Assembly: GCA_963790185.1 (NCBI GenBank)
Contig: CAWBNR010000010.1
Coordinates: 91,499-155,498 of the forward strand
Source: an uncultured Thermoleophilia bacterium
Lineage (GTDB): Bacteria > Actinomycetota > Thermoleophilia > UBA2241
DNA length: 64,000 nucleotides
Direction: 5' to 3'
The position numbers and the translations under genes are program-made. Below are positions 47,935 through 57,527 of the stretch, piece after piece; the stretch's first letter is position 1, and each line of letters opens with the position of its first letter. The notes under the pieces are model-generated. The model searched no databases and was not told the origin of the DNA. It was given only the letters and a program-made list of their open reading frames with translations.

Positions 47935-49097
47935 CGCGCGTCGCCATCGTCGTGCTGGATGGTGTCGGCGCCGGCGCCCTGCCCGACGCCGCCGCCTACG
48001 GCGACGAGGGCGCGGACACGCTGCGCCACGTGCTCGAGGTCACCGGCGTGGCGCTGCCGAACTTGAACGCCCTGGGGCTCGCCGAGGTCGTGGGGAGACT
48101 GGACCGCCCCGGCTCCGCGCCGCAGCCGCCGCGCCCCGAAGCGACCTTCGGTCGCCTGCTCGAGCGCGGCGCCGGCAAGGACACGACCGCCGGCCACTGG
48201 GAGCTGATGGGGCTCGTCGTCGAGCATCCGTTCCCGACCTATCCCGACGGCTTTCCTCTCGACGTCATCGAGCCCTTCGAGCGCGCCGTCGGCCGGCAGG
48301 TCCTCGGCAATCGCCCTGCGTCGGGCACCGCCCTCATCGAGGAGCTCGGCGACGAGCACGTCGCCAGCGGCCGGCCCATCGTCTACACGTCGGCCGACTC
48401 GGTGTTCCAGATCGCCTGCCACGAGGACGTGGTCCCCGTCGAGCAGCTCTACGAGTGGTGCCGGATCGCACGCGAGATCCTGCGCGGCGAGCACGCCGTC
48501 GGCAGGGTGATCGCGCGGCCGTTCACCGGCCGCAGCGGGGGCTACGTGCGCACCGAGCGCCGCCGCGATCTCGCGCTGCCGCCGACAGGGCCGACCTACC
48601 TCGACCTGCTGCAGGAGCGCGGCGTGCCGGTCGTCGGCGTCGGCAAGATCGGGGAGATCTTCGCCCAGCGCGGCGTCGACGTGGACGATCACACCACCAA
48701 CAACACGGACGGCCTGGCCGCCTGCGAGCGCCATTTGACCGAGATGGACGAAGGTCTCCTGTTCGCCAACCTCGTCGACTTCGACATGGTCTACGGTCAC
48801 CGCAACGACGCCGCGGGCTTCGCGCGCGGGCTCGCGCAAGTGGACGCCTTCGTGCCTCGTCTCGAGGCGCTGCTTCGCCCGCGCGATGTGCTCGTCTTCT
48901 GCGCCGATCACGGCGTCGACCCGACCACGGCGAGCACCGACCACTCACGTGAGTACGCGCCGCTGCTGGCGCTCGGACTGCGGGGCGGCCGGCACGACGG
49001 CGCCTTCTCGGACGTCGGCGCGACGGCGTTCGCCGCGCTCGCCGGCGAGCCGCCGCCGCTGGCCGGCCGTCCGATCCCCGCGGGGGCCCGGCGGTGA
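47931..49097 (+). CDS. deoB: Phosphopentomutase
   Basis: The segments VVLDGVGAGALPDAAAYGDEGADTL, GHWELMG, VYTSADSVFQIA and DHGVDPT are present. Confidence 0.9.
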   Translation: MTRVAIVVLDGVGAGALPDAAAYGDEGADTLRHVLEVTGVALPNLNALGLAEVVGRLDRPGSAPQPPRPEATFGRLLERGAGKDTTAGHWELMGLVVEHPFPTYPDGFPLDVIEPFERAVGRQVLGNRPASGTALIEELGDEHVASGRPIVYTSADSVFQIACHEDVVPVEQLYEWCRIAREILRGEHAVGRVIARPFTGRSGGYVRTERRRDLALPPTGPTYLDLLQERGVPVVGVGKIGEIFAQRGVDVDDHTTNNTDGLAACERHLTEMDEGLLFANLVDFDMVYGHRNDAAGFARGLAQVDAFVPRLEALLRPRDVLVFCADHGVDPTTASTDHSREYAPLLALGLRGGRHDGAFSDVGATAFAALAGEPPPLAGRPIPAGARR

Positions 49098-49897
49098 CCA
49101 CGGCGGCACTCCCAGCGCTCGACCTCGCCGTCGTCTTCGGCTCCGGTCTCGCCGTCGTGCCGGACGGACTCGAGGTCGAGGCCGAGCTTGACTACGGCGA
49201 GCTCGGCTGGCCTGTCAGCGCCGTCGGCGGTCACCCCTCACGGCTACTCGTCGCGAGCTGCGGTCCGCTGCGCGTCGGTCTGGCGTGGGGGAGACCCCAC
49301 CTCTACGAGGGCTGGAGCCGCGAGGAGCTCGAGCGCCCGGTGCGCGATCTCTGCGCGGCGGGCGCACGGCGAGTCGTCCTCACCAACACGTGCGGCGCGC
49401 TGCGACCGGCAGTCGCGCCGGGCGACGCGGTGATCGTCGTCGAGGTCGTCGACCTTCAAGGACCGACGGAGACCGAGCCCGAACGTCTGACGGCGACGTC
49501 GGTGACGCGCGCCGGCGCGCTGTGCGCCGTCCTGACGGCGCACCTGCCGGCGCGGGTGGGCACGTACGTCGCCGTCCCCGGACCACAGTACGAGACTCCG
49601 GCCGAGGTCGCCTGGCTCGCGACCTACGGCGATGTCGTCGGCATGTCGACGGCGCCCGAGGTGCGGGCGGCCCGCGCCTGCGGCTGCGAGGTCGAGCTGA
49701 TCTCGCTGGTCGTGAACCGGGCGGCCGCCGTGAGCGAGCACGGAGACGTGCTCGCGGCGGCGGCCGGCTTCGAGGCGGCGCTCGCCGCCGCCCTCGGGGC
49801 GGTCGTCGCGGGCTTCCTGCCCGACAGTGCCCTGGCCGGCGAAGTCAGCGCCGGCAGCCTTTCGTCATCCCTGACCGACTCCGACCACTCGAGGTGA
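49094..49897 (+). CDS. punA: Purine nucleoside phosphorylase (PunA/PNP-I family)
   Basis: The segments [23 protein letters not shown] and LVVNRAA are present. Confidence 0.8.
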   Translation: MTTAALPALDLAVVFGSGLAVVPDGLEVEAELDYGELGWPVSAVGGHPSRLLVASCGPLRVGLAWGRPHLYEGWSREELERPVRDLCAAGARRVVLTNTCGALRPAVAPGDAVIVVEVVDLQGPTETEPERLTATSVTRAGALCAVLTAHLPARVGTYVAVPGPQYETPAEVAWLATYGDVVGMSTAPEVRAARACGCEVELISLVVNRAAAVSEHGDVLAAAAGFEAALAAALGAVVAGFLPDSALAGEVSAGSLSSSLTDSDHSR

Positions 49898-51190
49898 CCG
49901 TGGACGTCGTGACCGACATCATCGCCTGGAAGCGCGACGGGCGTGAGCTCGACGCGGAACGCATGGACTTCTTCGTCCAGGGTGTCGTCAAAGGCACCAT
50001 CCCCGCGTATCAGACGAGCGCCCTGCTCATGGCGATGGTCCTGCGGGGCCTGAGCGACGAGGAGACTCTCGCCTTGGCGCAGGCGATGGTGGCGAGCGGC
50101 AAGACGCTCGACCTCGGCGTCGTGGGCCGGCCAGTGCTCGACAAGCACTCGAGCGGCGGCGTCGGCGACAAGGTGACGCATCGTCCTGGCGCCGCTGGTC
50201 GCCGCCTGCGGCGGCGTCTTCGGCAAGATGTCGGGGAGGGGCCTCGGCCACACCGGCGGCACGCTCGACAAGCTCGAGTCCGTCGTAGGGTTCAAGGTGC
50301 AACTCTCGCAGGGCGAGTTCCTGCGGCAGCTGGAGCGCATCGGCATCGCGGTGGTCAGCCAGAGCGAGCGCGTGGTCCCGGCGGACCGCATCCTCTACGG
50401 GCTGAGGGACGTGACCGCGACCATCGAGGATGCTGGGCTGATCGCGGCCAGCATCATGGCGAAGAAGGTGGCGAGCGGCACGTCGGTGCTCGCCCTCGAC
50501 ATCAAGATCGGACGCGGGTCGTTCATGCGCGACCTCGAACAGGGCCGCGACCTCGCGCGCCGTTGCCGCCTCATCGGTGAGGCGTATGGGCGTCGGGTGG
50601 CCTGCCTCTACACGGCGATGGACGCGCCGCTCGGTATGACCGTGGGCAACCGGCTCGAGGTCGAGGAGGCCTGGCAGGTACTCGAGGGCGGCGGTCCCGA
50701 GGACGTACGCGCCATCGCAGTCGAGCTGGCGGCGATCCTGCTGGCGGCATCCGATCTCGGGATCGACGAGAGCGAGGCTCGCCGCCGGGCTATCGCCGCC
50801 CTCGACGAAGGCCGCGCCGCTGAGGCCTTCGAGCGCTGGTGTTACGTGCAGGGCGCGCGCTGGAAGCCGGGCGAGTTCCACCGGCTGGCCGAGGTGCAGG
50901 TGGCGGCTGAGCAGGGAGGCACGGTCGTCGCGATCGACGCCCTGGCGGTCGGGCAGGCCGCCCAGCTCTCGGGCGCCGGCCGTCGCACGATCGAGGACGA
51001 GGTCGATCCCGCGGCCGGGGTCGTGCTGTCCTGTCGCGTGGGTGACGAGGTCGAGAAGGGCGACAGGCTGGGCACGGTGCACTCGCGCGACCGGCGCCGC
51101 CGTGATGTGGCCGGGGAGCGGCTCCGTGAGGCATTCACGATCGGTGACGGGCCCATCGCGCGCCCGCCGATCATCCTCGGGAGAGACTGA
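49894..51190 (+). pseudogene. pdp: Pyrimidine-nucleoside (thymidine) phosphorylase with one +1 shift near 50180
   Basis: One frame gives [12 protein letters not shown]...[13 protein letters not shown]. The next frame gives [19 protein letters not shown]. Confidence 0.85.
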
Positions 51191-51210
51191 CGGCGCGACG
51201 GCTCGTCGCG

Positions 51211-51489
51211 TCAGTCGCCGGCGGCGCGGGCCGGGCGCCGGCGGTCGCGCCACGCGCCGTAGAGGCGCGCCCCGGCGAGCTGCCCGGCGACCGCGCCGAC
51301 CAGCAGGAACGGGACGACCGCGTAGCCGTAGCCCACCGCGAGCCGCGCGACGATCAGCAGCGGCACCGGCACGTGGATGGCGAGGAACCACAGCGGCGAG
51401 AAGCGCTGCGTGGTCAGCCGCCAGGCCCCGAAAGGCAGGTTGAGCGCGGTGGCCAGCGCGACGAGGATGTAGGGTGTGGCGTCCGTCAT
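51211..51489 (-). CDS. Small integral membrane protein (92 aa), function unknown
   Basis: This is the C-terminal part of ORF 51211..52083, starting at ATG 51489. It has three hydrophobic helices. Confidence 0.45.
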   Translation of the reverse strand: MTDATPYILVALATALNLPFGAWRLTTQRFSPLWFLAIHVPVPLLIVARLAVGYGYAVVPFLLVGAVAGQLAGARLYGAWRDRRRPARAAGD

Positions 51490-51537
51490 GGGGAAGGGCC
51501 GATCCGTGCAGGAGTATAGAGGAAGACTGGGAGCGCC

Positions 51538-52200
51538 ATGCGCGTCGTAGGCGGCGGGTGGCGGGGCCGTCCGCTGCGAGCCCCGTCGGGCCGCGCCACG
51601 CGGCCGACGTCCGATCGCGTGCGTGAGGCCGTGTTCGACGTGCTCCAGGGACTCGCCGCCGAACTCGACGACGGGTCGGACGGCGCCCTGGGCGGCCATC
51701 GCGTCCTCGACCTCTTCGCCGGCAGCGGTGCGCTCGGCATCGAGGCGCTGTCGCGCGGCGCGGCGCACTGCACGTTCGTCGAGCGCGGACTCCCCGCCCT
51801 CGAGGCGCTGCGGGCGAACTTGGCCGCCTTCGGCGTCGACGTCGTGCGCCGGCCGACGGTGTCTGTGACTCCGCCGGCGCCGACAGCGCGGGTCGTCGCC
51901 GCCGACGCGCGCCGCGCTCTCGCCGCTGACGCTCGCGGCGGCGAGATGTATACTCTCGTCTTTGCGGACCCGCCGTACGCACGCTACGGGGAGCTCGAGG
52001 GCGACCTCGCACGTCTGCTGACGCCGCTGCTGGCGTCGGCGGCGGTCGTCGTGTTCGAGACGCGTCGAGATCAGACTTTGCATCTGCCCTGGCGCGCGGC
52101 GCGGGTCAAACGCTACGGTGACACGCAGGTCGCCTTCATGGTGGCCGGCGATGGGCCGGGCGCCGCGAGCGACCCGTCGATCGACGAGGAGCGAGTGTGA
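51538..52200 (+). CDS. rsmD: 16S rRNA (guanine966-N2)-methyltransferase RsmD
   Basis: The segments RPTSDRVREAVFDVL, LDLFAGSGALGIEALSRGA and VFADPPY are present. Confidence 0.85.
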   Translation: MRVVGGGWRGRPLRAPSGRATRPTSDRVREAVFDVLQGLAAELDDGSDGALGGHRVLDLFAGSGALGIEALSRGAAHCTFVERGLPALEALRANLAAFGVDVVRRPTVSVTPPAPTARVVAADARRALAADARGGEMYTLVFADPPYARYGELEGDLARLLTPLLASAAVVVFETRRDQTLHLPWRAARVKRYGDTQVAFMVAGDGPGAASDPSIDEERV

Positions 52201-52718
52201 TGCCGCGCAACGTGACCGCGATCTGCCCAGGTACCTATGACCCGGTCACCGTCGGGCATCTCGACATCATCAAGCGCGGCGCCTGCAAGTTCGGGCGTGT
52301 GATCGTGGGGCTCATCGACGAGCCGACGCGCAAGGAGACGCTGTTCTCCGCCGAGGAGCGGGAGGGATTCCTGCGCGAGGCCCTGAAGGAGCACCCGAAC
52401 ATCGTCGTCGACCGTTTCCACGTGCTCGTCGTCGAGTTCGCGCAGCTCTGGGACGCGCATGTGATCCTCAAGGGTCTGCGCGCCATCTCGGACTTCGAGT
52501 ACGAGTTCGCGATGGCGCAGCTCAATAGGAAGCTGGCCCCCGACATCGAAACAGTGTTCATGATGGCTTCACCCGAGTACAGCTTCCTGAGCTCGAGTGG
52601 TATCAAGGAGATCGCTGCGTTCGGCGGCGAGATCGAGGATCTCGTGCCGCCGCCCGTGGCCCGCTGCTTGCGGGACAAGTTCCCGCCGCGCGGGCAGGCG
52701 GCCAAGGAGGATCGCTGA
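52197..52718 (+). CDS. coaD: Phosphopantetheine adenylyltransferase
   Basis: The segments CPGTYDPVTVGHLDIIKRG and ISDFEYEFAMAQLN are present. Confidence 0.9.
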   Translation: MMPRNVTAICPGTYDPVTVGHLDIIKRGACKFGRVIVGLIDEPTRKETLFSAEEREGFLREALKEHPNIVVDRFHVLVVEFAQLWDAHVILKGLRAISDFEYEFAMAQLNRKLAPDIETVFMMASPEYSFLSSSGIKEIAAFGGEIEDLVPPPVARCLRDKFPPRGQAAKEDR

Positions 52719-52720
52719 AG

Positions 52721-53191
52721 ATGGATGTTCTGGTGTTGATCGACAAGCTCGACGACCTGGTGCACAACGCCCGCACCGTCCCCTTGACGGACAGTGTGAT
52801 GGTCGACCGTGAGGAGATCTACGACCTCCTCGACCAGATGCGCTCGACCATCCCCGAAGAGATCAAGCAGGCGCGCTGGATCGTCAAGGAGCGACAGGAG
52901 ATGCTGGCCGAGGCCAAGCAGGAGTCCGAGCGCGTGCTCCAGGAGGCCCAGGACCGCGCCGAGCAGCTTGCCTCCGAGATGGAGGTCGTCCGCCTCGCCG
53001 ACCGGCAGGCGGCGCAGATCCTCGAGGAGGCACGCGAGCGCGAGCGCGAGATCCGTCTCGGCGCCGAGGATTACGCCGACGAGGTGCTCGGCAACCTCGA
53101 GGTGAACCTCGACAAGTTCCTCGCGGCGGTGCGCCGCGGCCGCGAGCGGCTGCAGGGCCGTACCGAAGCCGACGAGGAACTGCAGCCCTGA
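52721..53191 (+). CDS. Conserved coiled-coil protein of unknown function
   Basis: The 156-aa ORF is charged and heptad-rich, and lies between coaD and yceD. Confidence 0.5.
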   Translation: MDVLVLIDKLDDLVHNARTVPLTDSVMVDREEIYDLLDQMRSTIPEEIKQARWIVKERQEMLAEAKQESERVLQEAQDRAEQLASEMEVVRLADRQAAQILEEAREREREIRLGAEDYADEVLGNLEVNLDKFLAAVRRGRERLQGRTEADEELQP

Positions 53192-53229
53192 CCCGCGGCT
53201 AGACCCCGCTCTCCCGGCGGAGGCGCCCT

Positions 53230-53698
53230 GTGCGTCGCTTCGATCTGCGTTCCCTGCGTTTCGGCCCCGACAGCGAGGCGTGGCGCAGCTTGCCCGTCGA
53301 GACTGCGCCCTTCGTCTTCGGCGGGGTCGAGTACGCCGTCGAGGGCGGCGTGGTCGAGCTCGAGCTGGCCGCCGCCCGGGTCGACGACGGGCTGACTCTC
53401 AAGGCATGGCTCGACGCGGCGCTCGAGGGCCCGTGTCAGCGCTGCCTCGCGGACGCGCGCGTACCGGTGGAGGCGAGCGGCTTCGACTACGTCCATCACG
53501 GCGATTCCGAGGGCGGGGATGACGAAGCCGCCGAGGGCTACGCCCGCGGCTTCGCCCTCGACGTCGAGCGCTGGGTGCGTGACCTGATCGGCGACGCGCT
53601 CCCCGCTGCAGCTCCTGTGCTCGGAGGACTGCGCCGGCCTCTGTCCGGTCTGCGGCGCCGACTTGAACGAGGAGCCCGACCACGCTCACGAGGCGTAG
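53230..53698 (+). pseudogene. yceD: YceD/DUF177 (23S rRNA accumulation) protein with one +1 shift near 53600
   Basis: The CxxC motif is GPCQRCL. In the next frame [20 protein letters not shown] ends at TAG 53696-53698. Confidence 0.75.
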
Positions 53699-53807
53699 CG
53701 ACCCGGCGGCCACGCTCCGCGGGTCTGCGAGAGATGCGCCGTGGTGTACTATCTTCGAGGGGTGCAGTAGAATGCGCCGCTCGATCCGAACCTAGGAGCC
53801 CGGACAG

Positions 53808-53991
53808 ATGCCCGTCCCCAAGAGGAAGACGTCGCAGTCCAAGCGCGACAGCCGGCGCGCCCAGCAGAAGCTCGACCGTCGAGACGGCCAGCTGCTGCCC
53901 GCAGTGCAAGAGCCCCAAGCTGCCGCACCGGGCCTGCCCGAAGTGCGGCACGTACAAGGGCCGCGAGGTGATCGTCCTGGAAGCGCAGTAG
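53808..53991 (+). pseudogene. rpmF: 50S ribosomal protein L32 with one +1 shift near 53875-53890
   Basis: The sequence [22 protein letters not shown] continues in the next frame with [25 protein letters not shown]. Confidence 0.85.
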
Positions 53992-54019
53992 TCTCCTCCC
54001 GAGCGTGGAGGGCCCGCGC

Positions 54020-55095
54020 ATGAAGTCGCTCTACGTCGCCTCGACCCAGGGTAGCGGCGGCAAGACGACCACGTCCGTCGGTCTCTGCCTCGCGTTGCGC
54101 ACACGCGGCATCAACGCCGGCTACTTCAAGCCCGTCGGCACGCTCGGCCGCCGCGCGCCGACGACCGCACCTCGTCGACGAGGACGCGGCCTTCGTCGCC
54201 GGGCTTCCTCGGCCTCGACGACGACCCCGCGGACATCTGCCCGGTCGTGCTCGACGAGGACGCGCTCCACGACGTGCTCACCGGCTCCGAGCGTCGACGC
54301 GATGAGCCGCGTCGAGGCCGCTTTCGGGCGCGTCTCCAAGGGCAAGGACATGCGTCGTCTGCGAGGGCCTCGGCGAGATCTGGCAGGGTCGCTTTCTGCG
54401 CACGAGCGGCGCCGAGGTCGTGCGCCATCTCGATCTCGCGACGCTGCTCGTCGCCAAGTTCGCCGGCGCGCGCCTGCTCGACGACATCTGCTACGTCAAG
54501 GACGCGCTTCAGGCGCACCTGCTCGGCGTGATCTTCAACATGGTGCCCGAGACGCCGGCTCGCCGTCGTGAAGGGCGAGTACACGCGGTTTCTCGACGGG
54601 CAGCGGCATCGCCAGCTACGGCGCCATCGCCGCCGACAGCCGGCTCTCGGCCGTCTCCGTGGGCGAGATCGCCGACGCCCTCGACGGCACCTACGTGTGC
54701 GGCGAGGAGTATGAGCGACTCGCTCGCCGAGACGCTACATGATCGGCGCGATGAGTCCCGAGCACGCGCTGCGCTACTTCCGAGCTCACGCCGAACAAGG
54801 TCGTGATCGTCGGCGGCGACCGCGCCGAGGTCATCCTCGCCGCGCTCGATACGCCGACCGTCGCGGTCGTGCTCACCGGCAACTACGTGCCGAGCGCCTC
54901 GGTGCTCGAGCCGCGCCGAGGAGAGCGGGCGTGCCGCTGATCTCCGTCGACGTGGACACGGTGACGGCGGCCGACGACCTGCGCCGGCTCTTCGGCCGCC
55001 TGCGCGTGAAGGAGCCGGCCAAGGTCGAGCTCGTCGCGCGCATCTTCGCGGAGCTCGTCGACCTCGACCGGCTCGTCGCCGATCTGAACGCATGA
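54020..55095 (+). pseudogene. AAA-like / DRTGG-domain protein (phosphotransacetylase N-terminal-like) with multiple +1 shifts
   Basis: The N-terminus is MKSLYVASTQGSGGKTTTSVGLCLAL. The C-terminus is ...ISVDVDTVTAADDLRRLFGRLRV. Confidence 0.6.
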
Positions 55096-55176
55096 GCGAA
55101 GGGCGTTCGCGCCGCTACACCTCACCCCACGAAGTCACCGCCGCCTGGAGCGCTGCCGGCGACGACCGGCAGGTCC

Positions 55177-56170
55177 GTGTCGCGCGTCGACGCGGCCGGC
55201 GGCGACAACGCGCCCGAGCGCCGTCGTCACCGGCGCGCTCGAGGTCGCCGGCCCCTCGCTGACCGTGGTGCTGTTCGGCGACGAGGCGCGGCTGCGCCCC
55301 CGCGTCGCCGGCGCTCCGCACGTCGAGATCGTGCACGCCGACGGACGTCATCGGCTCGGGCGACGAGCCGGCGAGCGCGGCGCGGCACAAGACGGCGTCG
55401 TCCATGGTCGTCGGCGCCAAGGCGGTCGCCGACGGCGACGCCGATGCCTTCGTCGGCGCCGGCAACACCGGCGCCGTGCTCGCCTGCGCGGCCTGCTCTA
55501 CATCCGCCGGCAGCGAAGGGCGTGCAGCGGCCGGCGATCTGCACCATCATGCCGGCCGCTGCCGACCCCGATCGCCATGCTCGACATCGGCGCCAACGCC
55601 GACGTGCGTGCGGACCACCTGCGGCAGTTCGCCCTGATGGGCCAGATCTTCGCCCGCGAGCTCATGGGCATCGAGCGGCCCCGGGTGGGTCTGCTCTCGA
55701 TCGGCGAGGAGCCGACCAAGGGCAGTCAGCTCGTCCTCGAGGCGCACAAGCTCATCGCCGCCGACGAGCGCATCGACTTCTACGGCAACGTCGAGGGCCG
55801 CGACGTGATGAACCGCTTGGTCGATGTGGTGGTGACCGACGGCTTCACCGGCAACGTCGCGCTCAAGACCGTGGAGGGGACGGCGCGCGCGGTCATGAAG
55901 GCGCTGCGCTCGGCCATCGACCACTCGGCGCTGACGAAGCTCGGGGCGCTCGCCTTGCGCGGCGAGCTGCTGCGCATTCGCGCCGCGCTCGACCCGGAGG
56001 AGTACGGCGGCGCGTTTCTCGTCGGCATGAGCGCGCCGGTCGTGATCGCCCACGGCAGCTCCGGACCGCGCGGCATCGCCAACGCGATCCGCGTGGGTCG
56101 TCGCGGCGTCGTGACCGGTCTGCTGCCGACGATCGCCGCGGAACTGGGGGAGGAGCGAAGTGCGACGTGA
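55177..56170 (+). pseudogene. plsX: Phosphate acyltransferase PlsX with about 5 frame shifts, all within 55215-55565
   Basis: The fragments are [58 protein letters not shown] and VIAHGSS. Confidence 0.85.
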
Positions 56171-56236
56171 GGCGGCTTTCTCCCCTCGGACGCATTCGGT
56201 AGACTACGCCAAACGTTCACTGTGGAGGTTGACTAC

Positions 56237-56494
56237 ATGACGCGTGAAGAGGTCTTCGAACACGTCAAGACGATCCTCGTCGAGACCCTCTCGGTCGACG
56301 AGGACAAGGTCACCTTGGAGGCACGTTTCCAGGAGGACCTCGAGACTGACTCTCTCGACCTTGTCGAGCTTGTGATGACGATGGAGGAGCGGTTCGGCAT
56401 CAAGATCAGCGACGAAGAAGCCGCCGAGATCAAGACGGTCGGCGACGCCATCGAGTTCGTCATGGCGCGCGCCGACGACGCGAAGCTCCAGTAA
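56237..56494 (+). CDS. acpP: Acyl carrier protein
   Basis: The phosphopantetheine-attachment segment is DLETDSLDLVELVMTMEERF. RBS GGAGG lies upstream of ATG 56237. Confidence 0.9.
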   Translation: MTREEVFEHVKTILVETLSVDEDKVTLEARFQEDLETDSLDLVELVMTMEERFGIKISDEEAAEIKTVGDAIEFVMARADDAKLQ

Positions 56495-56570
56495 CCCGAC
56501 GGTGCGCGGAGGACGAGGGGAGGTCTCCTCGCTGAGGGAGCCCTCCCCTCGCCCCCTGCGGGGGACGGTG

Positions 56571-57506
56571 ATGGACAGGAGACTGCTCAGCCTCGCCGAG
56601 CAGCTCGATGACGCGATGCTGACGAAGGTGTTCACGCACACTTCGTGGGCGAGCGAGCGTGGGGAGTCCTACGAGCGTCTCGAGTTCCTCGGCGACAGCG
56701 TGCTCGGTCTGAGCGTGACGACCGAGCTCTACCGCTGCTATCCGGCCTTCAGCGAGGGTCATCTGGCACGCCTGCGTGCCTACGTGGTGAGTCGCGCCAC
56801 CTGTGCCAAGGTGGCCGTCAAGCTGGGCCTGGGGCGGATGCTGCGCGACCGCGCCGGCGGCGCGGCCGCGGGCGAGGCGACGCAGCTCATGACCAACACC
56901 AACGTGCTCGCCGACCTGACCGAGGCGCTGATCGGCGCGCTCTACGTCACCTTCGGATATGAGGCGGTGCGCCCCGCCGTGGTGGAGGCCTTCGCCGAGC
57001 ACATCACCTTCGCCGAGCTGAGCTACGTCGACTTCAAGACCGAGCTGCAGGAGCACGTCGCGCGGCTCGGGAGCGGGATCACCTATCGTCTGGTGGCGAC
57101 GGCCGGACCGGCGCATCATCGCGAGTTCGAGATCGCTGCCGTGGTCGACGGGGAGATCATGGGTCGCGGCGCGGGTACGAGCAAGAAACGTGCCGAGCAA
57201 GATGCCGCGGCCGAGGCCCTCGCCGAGCTGCAGGAGCGCGCCCGGCTCAGCCGCCGCCGGCCGCGTCTGCGCAGCCGCCGCCGGCCCGACTCGGGTGAGC
57301 CTGGCGCGGACCTCGCCGGCACGAGCGACGAGGTCGCGGAGGAGCCCGCGGCGGCGACGGCGGGTCTCGCCGAGGATGCGGCGCCGTCCGGCGACGCCCC
57401 CGCGAAGAAGACTCGGCGCAGACGCTCCGGCGCGAAGAGGGCGTCGTCGAGCGGCGAGCAGGAGTCGCCGTCGGAGCCGGGCCACCGCCGACCCAGGGCT
57501 CGCTAG
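56571..57506 (+). CDS. rnc: Ribonuclease III with an Arg/Ala/Pro-rich C-terminal extension of about 90 aa
   Basis: The segments FTHTSWASERGESYERLEFLGDSVLGL and a dsRBD (GPAHHREFEI...GAGTSKKRAEQDAAAEAL) are present. Confidence 0.9.
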   Translation: MDRRLLSLAEQLDDAMLTKVFTHTSWASERGESYERLEFLGDSVLGLSVTTELYRCYPAFSEGHLARLRAYVVSRATCAKVAVKLGLGRMLRDRAGGAAAGEATQLMTNTNVLADLTEALIGALYVTFGYEAVRPAVVEAFAEHITFAELSYVDFKTELQEHVARLGSGITYRLVATAGPAHHREFEIAAVVDGEIMGRGAGTSKKRAEQDAAAEALAELQERARLSRRRPRLRSRRRPDSGEPGADLAGTSDEVAEEPAAATAGLAEDAAPSGDAPAKKTRRRRSGAKRASSSGEQESPSEPGHRRPRAR

Positions 57507-57527
57507 ATGGCGAGGGCTCGCTAGATG
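57495..57527 (+). repeat. 18-nt tandem duplication of the rnc-stop/start junction (AGGGCTCGCTAGATG repeated twice). It creates a 5-codon mini-ORF (57507-57524) between rnc and smc.
   Basis: Read directly. The order is TAG 57504-57506, ATG 57507, TAG 57522-57524, and smc ATG 57525. Confidence 0.8.

Noticed and set aside
53808-53991. Programmed ribosomal frameshifting as the explanation for the split rpmF, dxs, pyrG, smc and other genes.
   Set aside because: No slippery heptamers or stimulatory structures were noticed at the shift sites. The shifts are too numerous, cluster in patches, and affect unrelated genes. Insertion-type sequence error is the simpler explanation.
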